DNA from: an uncultured Chitinophagaceae bacterium
GTDB lineage: Bacteria; Bacteroidota; Bacteroidia; Chitinophagales; Chitinophagaceae
Assembly (NCBI GenBank): GCA_963815085.1
Contig: CAWFFT010000056.1
Span: 19,872-83,871 of the forward strand
Direction of reading: 5' to 3'
DNA: 64,000 nucleotides
Of this stretch, positions 1-11,925 are shown one piece after another; positions within the stretch are counted from its first letter, which is position 1, and each line of letters starts with the position of its first letter. The notes beneath the pieces were generated by a model. It was not told the DNA's origin and did no database searches. It saw only the letters and a list, made by a program, of their open reading frames with translations. The position numbers were made by a program, and so were the translations under genes.

Positions 1-584
1 TAATGAATCACAATATTGAAACCGACGTGATCAACACAAAAGGAACGGCGTATGGTGTTGAATTCCTGTTGAAAAAAGCAACAGGTAAATTAAATGGATG
101 GTTTACCTATAGTTATTCAAGGTCGCTTTTGCAACAGAACGATCCTTATGCTGCTGAAAAAATCAATAACGGTCACCAATATCCCAGCAATTTTGATCAG
201 CCCCATAATGTAAGTTTAGCGGCCAATTACAAATTTACACATCGTTTTAGTATTTCTTTGAATGCTACTTACAGTACGGGCCGTCCTATTACTTTGCCCA
301 TTGCCGAATATGATTATGCAGGTTCAGTAAGGGTTTTATATTCAGAAAGAAATGCCTATCGTATCCCTGATTATTTCAGAACGGATTTTTCAATGAACCT
401 GGATGGAAATCATAAGATTCATCAATTAACACATAATTCATGGACATTTGGAGTGTATAATGTTACTGGAAGAAAGAATGCTTATTCCGTTTACTTTATT
501 TCACAAAATGGGCGTATACAGGGATATAAATTGTCGATTTTTGGAAGCGCTATTCCATTTATAACTTATAACATCAGGTTTTAA
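1..584 (+). CDS. TonB-dependent outer-membrane receptor, C-terminal part (5' truncated by window)
   Basis: Beta-barrel C-terminal pattern (G.AYGVEF, W..YSYSRS, R.PDYFR.D, YN..GRKN) ending in Phe (YNIRF). Confidence 0.85.
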   Translation, partial: MNHNIETDVINTKGTAYGVEFLLKKATGKLNGWFTYSYSRSLLQQNDPYAAEKINNGHQYPSNFDQPHNVSLAANYKFTHRFSISLNATYSTGRPITLPIAEYDYAGSVRVLYSERNAYRIPDYFRTDFSMNLDGNHKIHQLTHNSWTFGVYNVTGRKNAYSVYFISQNGRIQGYKLSIFGSAIPFITYNIRF

Positions 585-626
585 ATTCTTTCTGGCTTAA
601 GAAGATTCTTTTATAATAAATTGAAA

Positions 627-1796
627 ATGAAAAAAATTTTTAAATGACAACATCCACCTCCTGGCCGGCTATTTGGTTTTATTGTTTTTTCCGGGTGTAA
701 AGTTCCATATGATCCGCCGATAAATTCTTCAGGAGACCACTATCTGGTAGTAGAGGGTTATATCAACTCAAACGGAGTAACACCAAAATATAAATTAACC
801 CGCACAAGGAATATTACCTGAGGTGATACTGCTTCATACATTAATGAAACCGGTGCATAGGTTGTAATTGAAGACAATCAAAATAATCAATATCCTTTGT
901 ATGAAACAGGAGGTGGAAATTATTCCGGCAAATACAATCTTAAATACTTCCAATAAATACCGTTTTCACATTACCACTACAGATCATAAAGGAATATCTC
1001 TCCGATTTTGTGCTATGCAAAATATGCTCCTCCAATTGATACTATTGGCTGGAAATTTAAAGGTAATGATGTCCAGATATTTGTGAATACGCATGATCCG
1101 ACCAATAACACCACTTTTTATCGTTGGGATTATACTGAAACCTGGGAATTTCATTCTACAGTATTACTCTAACTTCAGTTTACAATCCGATACAAAGACA
1201 GTAGATGACAGAACTTCTCCTTGTTTACATTTGTTACGAACCCGAAAATTCAACCAATATATTTTACAGGTTCTTCTGAAAAGTTGAAAGAGCATGTGAT
1301 ACATGAAGCGCCTTTGCTATTAATTCCTAATCCAGGATAAAAGACTAGATGTTTTATACAGCACACTGGTGACCCAATATGCACTTGATTCAAGCGCGTA
1401 TAAATATTGGAATGCAATGAAAGGCAATACAGAAAATGTAGGTTCAATATTTGGATCTCAACCCAACGAGATAACAGGAAATATTCATTGTGTCAGCAAT
1501 TCGTCTGAACCGGTGATTGGTTATATTGGCGCCGGTAGGAGTCAGCACGAAAGAATATTCATTAGCAATTCGGACATGCCTTCCGGCTGGAACTCAAAAA
1601 GGAAAGTTGTGATGATATAGAAGTCCCCAATAACCTGACAGCCTTGACTTCTATTTTGGGCGAACAGGGATATATTCCTCATTTAACCGATTATGACCGG
1701 AATTCTCCATTTTTTCGGATATTTTCTTCGGAGACCTCACATGTGTAGATTGTACCTTAATCGGAACCACTGAAAAACCAAGCTTTCTGGCCTTAA
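627..1796 (+). CDS. DUF4249-family protein, broken by several frameshifts (probable sequencing indels)
   Basis: Fragments VVEGYINSNG, QYALDSSAYKYW..GSIFGSQP..ITGNI..VIGY and C-terminal CVDCTL.GT..KP.FWP; lies directly after a TonB receptor, the usual context. Confidence 0.65.
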
Positions 1797-1816
1797 ATAA
1801 TTATAAGATGAATCAT

Positions 1817-4234
1817 ATGAGTTTATACAAAAGATTAAATTATTTTTTCGCTTTTTTTGTTTGTTTACTCTCGTGCAATGCTTCATTTGCCCAAACAAAC
1901 TTTGATAAGATGGTAAGCAGATATTGTTACTTATAACAATCACCATCTGCAAGAAAAAGTGTACCTGCATACTGATCGTTCTTATTATTTGTGTGGAGAA
2001 ATATTGTGGTTTAAAGCTTATGTGGAAGATGCAAGAAATAACGAACCTCTTTCTGTTAGTAAAGTAGTGTATGCAGAACTTTTGAATTCATCGCATGACC
2101 CGGTATTGCAGGCAAAAATTGATATAAAAAATGGAAATGGCAGCGGCTCTTTTATGCTTCCGCTTTCTCTTGCTTCCGGCAATTATGAATTAAGGGCCTA
2201 TACCAACTGGATGAAGAATGATTCAGCTTATTCATTTTTTCAGAAAGATAATAACGGTTGTGAATACAACTACAAAATCTTGACCCTTCTTTAGTTGCCA
2301 ATACGCCTAAATATTACGCACAATTTTTTCCCGAGGGTGGCAATTTGGTAAATGGATTAAAAAGCCTTGTCGCATTTAAGGTTAATGATAATTCCGGAAA
2401 AGGGGTGGATGCAGAAGGCGTGATTATTGATCAATCAGGTGATACTGTTACTCATTTTAAAAGTACGCATTTCGGAATGGGAAATTTTTATTTGATGCCG
2501 GAAGCAGGAAAAAATTATTCTGCCTTTATCACTTTAAAAGATAGCACAAAGCTAACAAAACCTTTACCTGCTGCTTACCAGAAAGGTTTGGTAATGCACC
2601 TTTCAGATGAAGGTAATACGGTAAGGATTACTGTTAATTCTTCAGAGCAAACATCTTCAAATATTTATTTAATTGCTGAAACTAACAAGACGATTGATTT
2701 TTCACAGGCATCAAGGTTAAATAACGGAAACTCGGTTTTTTCCATCAACAAGAACGATCTGAAAAATGGTGTTGAAGAAATTACTGTTTTTAATGAAAAT
2801 CGTGAGCCTCTCTGTGAAAGGCTTTATTTTAAAAAGCCTTCAGACAAATTAATGATCGATGCAAAAGCTGATAAGCAAACTTATAATAAACGTAATCCTG
2901 TTTCGATTGTTCTTTCCACTTCTGATGAATCAGGAAAATTATTGGCAGGAAATTTATCGGTTTCTGTTTACAGGCTTGATGAACTTCATCATTCGCAACA
3001 GGAAAACATTTTTACCTACTTGTGGCTATCGTCAGATTTAAAAGGATATATCGAGGATCCTGAATATTATTTTAAAAATGATAATGCCGAAGTAAATGAA
3101 GCATTGGATAATTTGTTGCTAACCCAAGGCTGGCGAACCTTTGACTGGAATAATATTTCCGGTAATGCTTCTTCCTTTACTTATGTTCCTGAAAACCGCG
3201 GCCATATAATTACCGGAAAAGTTACGAACGAAGCAAGCGGCAAAGCTGCTGCAAATGTGCTTGTTTATCTTTCTGTTCCCGGCAGGCGTGTGCAGTTATA
3301 TGGCTGTAAAAGTGATGCTGATGGCCTTATTCATTTTGACATGAAAGATTTTTATGGCGTAAGCCAGATCGTTTTGCAAACGAATACTAGTACAGACAGC
3401 AATTACCATTTGCAAATCTTTACTCCTTTTTCTGAACAGTATTCAAATGCAGTTGTTCCTACTTTAAATGTTTCTGAAAATAACAGGGAAAACCTCCAGG
3501 CTGAAAATCTGCATATGGAAATCGGCAATGCATATCATGCAAATGATTTGCAAAAGGTTGCTCTTATGAACATTGACACCTTGCCTTTTTATCAAAAGCC
3601 TTACAAAACCTATTTACTGGATAACTACACCCGGTTTACGACGATGGAAGAAGTGATGCGCGAATATGTGCAGGAAGTGAATGTGATAAAAAGAGATAAA
3701 CACTATCACTTCAATACTTTTAATGACGAGGGATTTTCATTGCACGATTTACAGCCTTCTGAAAAAGAAATGACAAAAGATCCTTTAGTTATTCTGGATG
3801 GTGTTCCCGTTTTTGACATTGATAAAATTATTGCTTACGACCCTTTGAAAGTGCAGAAGCTGGAAGTGGTGGCTTCAAGATATATCTGGGGGCCAATCAG
3901 GGCAGAAGGAATCGTAAGTTACACAACCTACAAAGGAGACCTACCCGGTTTTTCACTCAATCCTAATGATGTAATACTTGATTATGATGGCCTTCAAAAA
4001 CAAAGAATATTTTATTCGCCTCAATATTCTACTCAAAAGGAAATAGAAAGCCGTTTGCCTGATTTTAGAGATGTGCTTTATTGGTCCCCTGATGTCAATA
4101 CTGATGCCCAGGGCAAAGGCCATATTTCATTTTACACCGGTGATGTGCCTGGAAAATACCTGGTAAACATACAGGGAATTTCAGCTAACGGCCATGCTGG
4201 AAGCAGTAGCTTTATTTTTAATGTAGGGAAGTAG
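1817..4234 (+). CDS. Large exported MG2-domain/TonB-plug-like protein, frameshifted near the 5' end
   Basis: EKVYLHTDR.YY..GE.LWFKAY, LRAYTNWMKN, FFPEGG.LV.G, LDNLLLTQGWR and PDFR.VLYW.P motifs across ORFs 1959-2294 and 2345-4234. Confidence 0.75.
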
Positions 4235-4366
4235 AGCTAAGATTATTGCGGATCCAATTATGAAGGGCAAAAGATTCTCCTAAAAAACATAAAACTTTTT
4301 TAAAAAGATTCTAAAGGATAGAAACCAATTGTAAATTATCCAAATTGATGTGCTAAAAAAATAAAT

Positions 4367-4948
4367 TTAGATGTGTAAACAGCCACGAAATCCTCGTGCG
4401 GCATAGTAAGATTCTGCACCATTATGATAAACAAAAACAGTATCATATCTTCTGTCGCAAAAGACTGCGCCACCAAGTTTTCTGATTTTTTCAGGTGTCT
4501 TAATCCAACTTGATGTTTTTAAATCAAATTCTCCAACTTGCTGCAACTTGCGGTATTGTTCTTCGGTTAAAAGTTCTATGCCCATTGCAGCAGCCATGTC
4601 AATAGCGCTATCTTTTGGCTTATATTCTTTTCTTGAGTTAAGTGCATCACGGTCGTAGCAAAGGCTCCTGCGGCCTTTTGGGCTTTCTGCAGAACAATCG
4701 TAATAAATGTATTGGCGCGTTTTTTTATCATAATCCACAACGTCGGGTTCGCCACCGGTTTTTTCCATTTCGTTGAGCGACCAAAGTTTTTGAGGATTTG
4801 CCCGCAGATTTGTAAGTACATTAGACCATTCCATATTTTTATGCCGGTTGGAGTTTTTTTCAAAACGGGTCTTTAACCTGTTCAGCAGTTCTTCAAATTG
4901 TTCTTGCGACAACTTCTTTTCATTGCTGTTGCTGTTTTTCATAATCAA
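4367..4948 (-). CDS. DUF4256 domain protein
   Basis: EMEKTGGEPDVV, ESPKGRRSLCYD, FDLKTSSW, YHNGAESYYAARGFRG. Confidence 0.85.
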   Translation of the reverse strand: MIMKNSNSNEKKLSQEQFEELLNRLKTRFEKNSNRHKNMEWSNVLTNLRANPQKLWSLNEMEKTGGEPDVVDYDKKTRQYIYYDCSAESPKGRRSLCYDRDALNSRKEYKPKDSAIDMAAAMGIELLTEEQYRKLQQVGEFDLKTSSWIKTPEKIRKLGGAVFCDRRYDTVFVYHNGAESYYAARGFRGCLHI

Positions 4949-4965
4949 TGTTAATTACTAATTCG

Positions 4966-5553
4966 TTAATCATTCAGGCCTTTTCCTTGAAGAATTTCAG
5001 GGATATATTTTTCAATTCTTGATTCCCGGGTTTTAGATTGTTTGGCTTGCGAAAAGTAAAAAAGATAACCTCTTTGTCGCCCCGGAGTTAATGCATTAAA
5101 AGCGGTTTTCAATCCTTTGTTTTTATCCAGTTTATTTTGAAACTCTTTTGGAATGGGATAGGCTGAGGTCTTTTTTAATTTCACTTTCAAACCTGCTTTT
5201 TCCACTTCAATTGCTTCATAAATATAGGCTTTCAACGTTTTTTCTATTTTTTCGATTTCCTTCATATTTGTGAAACGCACCTGACGCGCCGATTGTACAT
5301 TTTCAGTTTGCTGTATAAGTATTTGCTTGTCATCCTTTAACAGTGCACCTTTAAAAAATAAGTACGCGCAGTATTCTTTAAATCCATGTATGATAACAAT
5401 ATTTTTTTTATCAAATGTATAGCACGGCTGGCCCCACTTCAATTCTTCATTTAACCCACAGTCAAGAACAATCTGTCTCAATGACCCATATTCTTTTTGC
5501 CACTTTGAAGGTTTATCAAAAAAGAAATCCACTTTATGATTTTTGTTGTCCAT
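4966..5553 (-). CDS. YdeI/OmpD-associated family protein (DUF1801 + OmdA)
   Basis: EELKWGQPCY, FFKGALLKD, AFNALTPGRQRGY, AKQSKTRESRIEK. Confidence 0.9.
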   Translation of the reverse strand: MDNKNHKVDFFFDKPSKWQKEYGSLRQIVLDCGLNEELKWGQPCYTFDKKNIVIIHGFKEYCAYLFFKGALLKDDKQILIQQTENVQSARQVRFTNMKEIEKIEKTLKAYIYEAIEVEKAGLKVKLKKTSAYPIPKEFQNKLDKNKGLKTAFNALTPGRQRGYLFYFSQAKQSKTRESRIEKYIPEILQGKGLND

Positions 5554-5737
5554 TGGAAACGTCTTTGGTTCATTACTTAAAAGTAAGTGAAATAATTTTT
5601 TTACTAAGCAATAGTTTCAAGAAATTCCATTCAAAATCGCCTTTATTTCAAAGGCGTCTTGAGGTCTGTTACCATGCGAAAAGTCAGTCGACTGTAATGC
5701 AAGAAAATTGTTGTATGCAAATAGCAACAGGGCAGTT

Positions 5738-7921
5738 TCACACTTCATTTAAATCAAAAGGAAGGGAACGAATTCGTTTGCCGGTAAGATTAAAAATGGC
5801 ATTGGTAACTGATGGTGCTACCGCCGGAAGCGCTCCTTCCCCAGCACCTTCGGGATGGGCTGAAGTATTGATAACAAAGATTTCCATGGGCGGCACTTCA
5901 TTGATGCGCATCATTTTATATTTATCAAAGTTGGCGTCTGTTACTTTTCCTTTATCAATATTGAGACCGCTTTTGTAAGTTGCTGTTAAGCCCATCACAA
6001 TGCAGCCCTCCGTTTGTTGTTTAATGATATCAGGACTTACAGCGGTTCCGCAATCAATGGCAGTGGTGATTTTTACAGGAACTAATTTACCGTTTATTTT
6101 CTTTATTTCTGTTACCATTGCGACTACGGCTCCCGATCTTTCCATAACCGCTATTCCTTTGCCAGTATCCTTTGTTATATTGTCCCAGTTTGATTTTTCA
6201 GCTACGGTTTTCAATGCACGGCTGTATCGTTCATTATCCTTAAGGAGCGCAAGCCTGAAATGTAGCGGATCTTTTTTTGCAGCATGTGCCATCTCATCTA
6301 TAAAAGATTCATGCGCAAAACAATTGGTTGAATGATACACGGAACGCCAATAGGAGACAGGTAAATAAAGATTACGTAAAATGCCATTGATACGCATGGA
6401 AGGAATGGCATATTCAGTATTGATGCCATCGGCAATTGCTCCTGTAGCTTTGTTACTGTTCCTGTATTGATTTCTGATATCCTGGCAAATCACTTTATGT
6501 TCTAATGAAAGGGCGTTCCCGTTTTCATCAACAGATCCCCGGCAAACGTTTAACGAACAAGCTCTGAAAGGCCCCTGGCTCACATCATCTTCTCTTGTCC
6601 AGATAACCTTTACGGGCGCATTTACCTTGCTGGAAAGATCGGCGGCTTCTTCTACCACATCCGACAGGGACCTTCTTCCGAATCCTCCGCCCAGAAAAGT
6701 ATAATGAATGTTCACTTTTTCACCTGGAAGATTGTATTTTTCTGAAAGAAAATCCCTCATTCCATTTGGGTTTTGTGTTGATCCCCAGAAATCGATCTGA
6801 TCCTTTTTTACGCTTACAACCGCATTCATTGGTTCCATTGGAGCATGCGACTGGTACGGCGTTTCATAAGAAGCTTCTATCTTGACCGGGCCTTCGTTGA
6901 ACGCTTTTTCAAAATCACCTTTGTTATGAAAAACAACCGCTTCCTGGTTTGCCGCATTTTTAAAATCATCTTTTATCTTTTGTGTCGTCCAGTTTTCAAG
7001 ATCGCCATTGTCCCATTTTATCTCCAGCAACTTTCTTCCCTGTAAAGCCGCCCAGTAATTATCAGCTATAACGGCCACGCCTGCACGCTTTTGCCCGAAC
7101 ACTTCCCTTGATGTTTCTAAAACATATTTTACACCTTTCACCGCTTTTGCTTTATCAGCATTAAAGCTCACCAATTTGCCGAGTAAAACAGGAGAGCGCT
7201 CAATAGAAGCATACAACATTCCCGGTACTTCTACGTCAATGCCGTATTGTGCCTGCCCGTTCACTTTTAGAGGAATATCCTGTCGCGGAAATGATTTTCC
7301 TATAATAATAAAGTCTTTTGGATCTTTTAATTTTGGATTTGAGGGCACCGGTCTTTTCGATGCTTCTGCAACGAGCTCACCATAAGATAATTTAGCGCCA
7401 TTGTTGCGGTTGACCACGACTTCATTTTTTGCGTAGCATTGATCAGCAGAAATATTCCATTTATCGGCAGCGGCAGCGATCAGCATTTCTTTTGCAGAAG
7501 CGCCCACTTTTCTCATCAGGTCATAATTGCCACTTATGCTCCTGCTTCCAACTACCATTTGATCGCCATAAATTTTCCTGTCAGCAGGCGAAGGCATTAT
7601 CGTAATGTTATTAATGTCCGCTTCCAATTCTTCCGCTATAATCATTGGTATGGCTTCAAATGTTCCCTGGCCCATTTCCGGGCGGTGATTGTATAAAATT
7701 ATTTTTCCGCTGTTATCAATAAAAATAAAAGGATTAAGCCCGATGCCGGGGTTTTCCTTTTCAAGATTGAGATTTACAACTTTTGGTTCTTTCCCAAATA
7801 TTGAAATATAACCAAGAGCAAGACATGCTCCGGAAACTGCAGAAACTTTTAGAAATTTTCTTCTTGGAATTTTTGATTCAAATTTCATAGCAAACAATTT
7901 GAAGTGAATGGATGTACTCAA
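5738..7921 (-). CDS. Xanthine dehydrogenase family molybdopterin-binding subunit (IorB-like)
   Basis: Tat-like RRKFLK signal, EMGQG, HAPMEPMN, LGGGFGRR, WTREDD, WRSV, GAGE..P..P motifs; true start probably MKFESK at 7888. Confidence 0.9.
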   Translation of the reverse strand: MSTSIHFKLFAMKFESKIPRRKFLKVSAVSGACLALGYISIFGKEPKVVNLNLEKENPGIGLNPFIFIDNSGKIILYNHRPEMGQGTFEAIPMIIAEELEADINNITIMPSPADRKIYGDQMVVGSRSISGNYDLMRKVGASAKEMLIAAAADKWNISADQCYAKNEVVVNRNNGAKLSYGELVAEASKRPVPSNPKLKDPKDFIIIGKSFPRQDIPLKVNGQAQYGIDVEVPGMLYASIERSPVLLGKLVSFNADKAKAVKGVKYVLETSREVFGQKRAGVAVIADNYWAALQGRKLLEIKWDNGDLENWTTQKIKDDFKNAANQEAVVFHNKGDFEKAFNEGPVKIEASYETPYQSHAPMEPMNAVVSVKKDQIDFWGSTQNPNGMRDFLSEKYNLPGEKVNIHYTFLGGGFGRRSLSDVVEEAADLSSKVNAPVKVIWTREDDVSQGPFRACSLNVCRGSVDENGNALSLEHKVICQDIRNQYRNSNKATGAIADGINTEYAIPSMRINGILRNLYLPVSYWRSVYHSTNCFAHESFIDEMAHAAKKDPLHFRLALLKDNERYSRALKTVAEKSNWDNITKDTGKGIAVMERSGAVVAMVTEIKKINGKLVPVKITTAIDCGTAVSPDIIKQQTEGCIVMGLTATYKSGLNIDKGKVTDANFDKYKMMRINEVPPMEIFVINTSAHPEGAGEGALPAVAPSVTNAIFNLTGKRIRSLPFDLNEV

Positions 7922-8122
7922 GCACCCTAAAATTAAATCAATTGCAGCAGAATATAATAATTGATGTGCTTATCGTTCAAGATTGTTTCAATGAAAATAA
8001 AAAACATTTTATCTTGTTCGTTCACTGTAGAGTGTCCCAAATAATTAGATAAAAGCTCCATCCGCTGCGATTATACAACCGCGTTATACCACACCGGAAT
8101 TCAAAAAAAATAGAGAAGGCGT

Positions 8123-8974
8123 TTAACTGCTGGTCTTTTCCTTAGGATTTGTGTTGTCCTCTTTTTTTAAGGAGATAAAAGGAATTTTAAAAATTGAGAA
8201 AAAATTGTTTTCTTCCTCTTTATCCCTCATGTAGGTGTCGATGCCAAATATCACGTCATCAGCGGGCATTCTTTTTAAAGTACCGAACATCCTGTCCCAA
8301 ATGCTTAGTACATCGCCGTAGTTGGAGTCTGTGTAAGGATTTTGATAGTGATGATGAACCTGGTGCAGGCCAGGAGTTATAAAAATAAATCCTAAAACTT
8401 TATCGAGTTTTTCGGGAAGCCTGTAATTGATATGTGCAACAGAAGTAGAAAATATTTGAATGATTTGCCTCAAGACAAGTACCCAAAAGAAAGTGCCTGT
8501 TAAAAGAAGCCACAGCCAGGTAAAGGTAAGCCTTACAAAATTTTCGCCCGGGTGCTCGCGCAATGTTGTGGAAATATCTACAACCCTGTCGCTGTGATGC
8601 ACCATATGGAAAGTCCAAAGCTTTTTATTTTTATGCATCACAACATGGTAAATATATTCTCCAAAATCAAGGAGCAGAAAACTGCAGGCAAATGATATTA
8701 CAGGATGCAAAAAAGGATGGAAAATGTACAATATCCCGAAATGATGATGGCTTGTCCACTGCATAGTTTTGGCAAATAAAATGCTAAAAAGAAGTGAATT
8801 GGGGAGATTGGTTAATATAAAATGGGCATTGATATAAGCATGTTTCCATTTTTTATGGTTCAAAGTAAGCGCCGTGATATTTTCAATATTCCAGCATAAA
8901 AATAAGACACCGGCGAAAATGATCAATTCAACAGATTCAGAATTGTGATCGAGGAAACTGATGAAAAGCAGCAT
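8123..8974 (-). CDS. Sterol desaturase / fatty acid hydroxylase family protein
   Basis: His boxes HVVMH, HMVHH, HQVHH plus DSNYG..SIWDR.FGT. Confidence 0.9.
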   Translation of the reverse strand: MLLFISFLDHNSESVELIIFAGVLFLCWNIENITALTLNHKKWKHAYINAHFILTNLPNSLLFSILFAKTMQWTSHHHFGILYIFHPFLHPVISFACSFLLLDFGEYIYHVVMHKNKKLWTFHMVHHSDRVVDISTTLREHPGENFVRLTFTWLWLLLTGTFFWVLVLRQIIQIFSTSVAHINYRLPEKLDKVLGFIFITPGLHQVHHHYQNPYTDSNYGDVLSIWDRMFGTLKRMPADDVIFGIDTYMRDKEEENNFFSIFKIPFISLKKEDNTNPKEKTSS

Positions 8975-9010
8975 ACTTTATCAGGTGGATTTTATTTATA
9001 AATGGTTTCA

Positions 9011-11588
9011 TCAAAAAGTTATATTAAGTCCCAAAAAAAGACCACCATTGGGCGCGTTCGATTTATTTAATGCAGAAATGCGCTGGTAATAATCCACAGA
9101 AAAAACGTGAAATATATTTTCAACACCTACCCCAGCTTCCATAAACGGATCTTTTATCCGGAATTCTAAACGTGGCATCTTTGTTATAATTCCTGTTAGC
9201 TGCAGACATGCTTCCTTTGAATGCATTGAAAGAAAAACGTTCGCGCCATCCAAGTTTTTTTATAAATGGAATTTTATTAAAAACTATACCACCAAGATAA
9301 AACCTGGAGTAAAGGCTGATGTATTGATCTGCGGCAAATTCGTAGGGAACCATTGTATTGAAAAGATACCTGCTTGCCACGAAATACTCATTTCCCGCGG
9401 GCACATTTAACAAAAGATAAGGAGCCGTGCCAAAGGTTTTGCCTACGTGAATATTGTAATAGAAAAGAAACTTTGGAGGTATTCGCAATTCCTGTTCGAT
9501 ACCAACGCTTACCTTTTGGTAGTTAAATTGTGCATTTCCTAGTTTTAAACCGTAGGAAAAATTTGCAGTTAAAATAGGGTTGTAAGTATCAAAATGAATC
9601 CGGTCATAGTTAAAAACAAACCCCCTGTCGTTGTGGGTAAAGCGAACACCAACCGACAGTTCGGCCTGTGGCAATGTTTTGGCAAGAAGAGTATCTATTG
9701 GTTGCTGCGTTATCTTATTGAGTGGATGATAAACAAAATCAAACACCGGTGTCATTTCTTTATAAATCAACGAACCGTTGGCGCTTAAGCTTTTTGAAAG
9801 ATACTGCTCGTGTGTTAGCTGAATTTGTTTCAGGTAAATGCGCGTAGTTGGAATATTTTTTCTGAAGAATGAATTGATAATATTGTCTTCATCCATTTCA
9901 TTTTCGTAATCTGTCAGGTAATCATAATCACTGCTGGCATACATAGCGGTTTTGGTCCATTTGGCAGCGTTCCAAATATACTTTATTCCCACACCACCTT
10001 TAACCTGCTGGTCTTTGGTTCCATACGCCATATAACCGTTCAGGTTTAGTTTTTTATTAAATCCGGGGAGCGTCCATAAACCTGTTCTAAAGCGCCAACC
10101 TTCAATGCTATCGTTGCTTATAAAAGAAGAGTAAGGGCCAATCCGAAGTTTATCCTTAAAGTCCCAATAACCTGTCGCTGAAAAACTCACCACTTTCGAA
10201 TCAAACACATATCTGCGATTCTTTTTTAAAGAGTCGGCCATTTCATAAATTGCCTGTTCATGATTGGTTAACGAATCTCCAAAACGGTTTTCTTGCCAGT
10301 ACTCACGAGGTTTTGCAATATCAGCGATTGGTTCGTTTTTCATTTTCTTCGCAAATTCCCCGGCCATAGGCGAATTAATTTGAATGTCGCCCAGGACAGT
10401 TGTATTAGCACTTATAAGCCGTACTTTTTTTACATTCTGTTTTACCGGTATGCCTAACAATTCAAGTCCCGTTTCAAAATCAACTGTTGAGGTAATTTTG
10501 TAAGGCATGTATTCAAACTTATTTGTAGCAGAGTCAAGGCTTAATTTATATTCTTCGCTATACGTGATATTATTAATGAAATCGATATTAGCAGTTTTGC
10601 TAAGATGCATCTGGATTTTTTTGACCGAGTAAGTACTATCATTAATCCATAAAGAGCCTGAAAAAGCATTTTCGTATTTACCTTTGGGTACAAACCGGAT
10701 ATTATAAACCTTTTTACCATTAACTATTGTGCTGTCATCAAAATAGAAATCATAATAACTAAAAGCAGTATTGCTTATAGGACTGGAGTAAGTCTGGTTA
10801 AAAATAGTGAACCAATTATCGTAAATATTAAAGTAAAAATTAAATTTTTGGAGGTGCCATAGAAACTTATCGGTTTCCAATCCTAAAGTTTTTTGAGCAA
10901 GAAGATTTTTCTTGTCAACTTTTGGGGAAGTGCCATGATATTTATCAGATACAGATTCAGAAAAATATATCGGTAAAATACTCGCATTGGCAGAGTCTGC
11001 ATTCCTGTAAACCCTAATCACGAGCGCCTTAATACCTTTGCCATACCCGGCGAGCTCGCCGATATTTTTAATGTCAACTTCATGACGTAGATATTCTTTA
11101 TAACTATAACTTTTAAAGCGATCAGGATTGTTGAAAACCTTGTTGGCTATCACTTTTTGCATATACCTTTTACCAGGTTCTTTATCGCGGTTATTGCCGT
11201 ATATGACCACATTTTCCAACGCCTGCACAGCGGTTTGCATTTTAATCAATAAGCCGGTGGTATTAGTTTTTTGTAATGGATAGGTAAGGTCTTTGTAACC
11301 CACATCAGTAAGTTCAAGCGCATTGCTCCATGTAGATGTTTCAATAGAAAAAGAACCGTCTTTAGCTGATAACACAGATTCTTGCTGACCTTTTAATGTT
11401 ACTGTTACATTGCTTAATGGCTCAAGGGTATTTGCATCAACGATATTTCCGGAAATAGTAACTTTTTGAGCCATGACTTTATAAGAAAAACCAAAAGAAA
11501 TCAGTAATAAAAAAATAATCTTAAAAGAATAGAGCATATTTTCATAAAAGGGCATGTGGCATAAACCGGACTTTATGCTATTACCCAA
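9011..11588 (-). CDS. DUF5686 / carboxypeptidase-regulatory-like domain outer membrane protein; frameshift near the 3' end
   Basis: N-terminal ISG.IVDA.T.EPL..VTV, SPIS..AF.YY.F, EGWRFR.G; the C-terminal PFMEAGVGVENIF...GLNITF lies in a second frame (9011-9253). Confidence 0.8.
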
Positions 11589-11896
11589 AGAGTATCCTTT
11601 TTTAAGGAAATGGTTGGGTGGAGGGTTACACTTTGATAGTTTTGTTTTCAGCGATTATTGAGTACTGGTTAAAAATGGGCTCAAAATTAGTTCAGAATTA
11701 CTTATGACGACGATTTGTTTGACTATTGGTTTTATAGATTGTTCGGATTAAAAATTTCCTTGTTAATCAAACTGCGATTTACCGGTTTTTATTGTTTTCC
11801 TGCTCTGGAAAATTGAGTAGTAAACAAACAAAAACCAGCTTTTTTATCCTAATGTTTTTCATATAAAATCCATTTTGCCCTATCAAAGTGAAAACA

Positions 11897-11904
11897 TAAT
11901 TTTG
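11897..11904 (+). promoter_or_regulatory. Bacteroidetes sigma-A -7 element (TAnnTTTG) upstream of metK
   Basis: TAATTTTG ending 21 nt before the metK ATG. Confidence 0.55.
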
Positions 11905-11925
11905 CGACTCAAAAAACATTGTAAA

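Noticed and set aside
11589-11925. SAM riboswitch upstream of metK
   Set aside because: No recognisable SAM-I/II core, and a promoter element lies ~20 nt from the ATG
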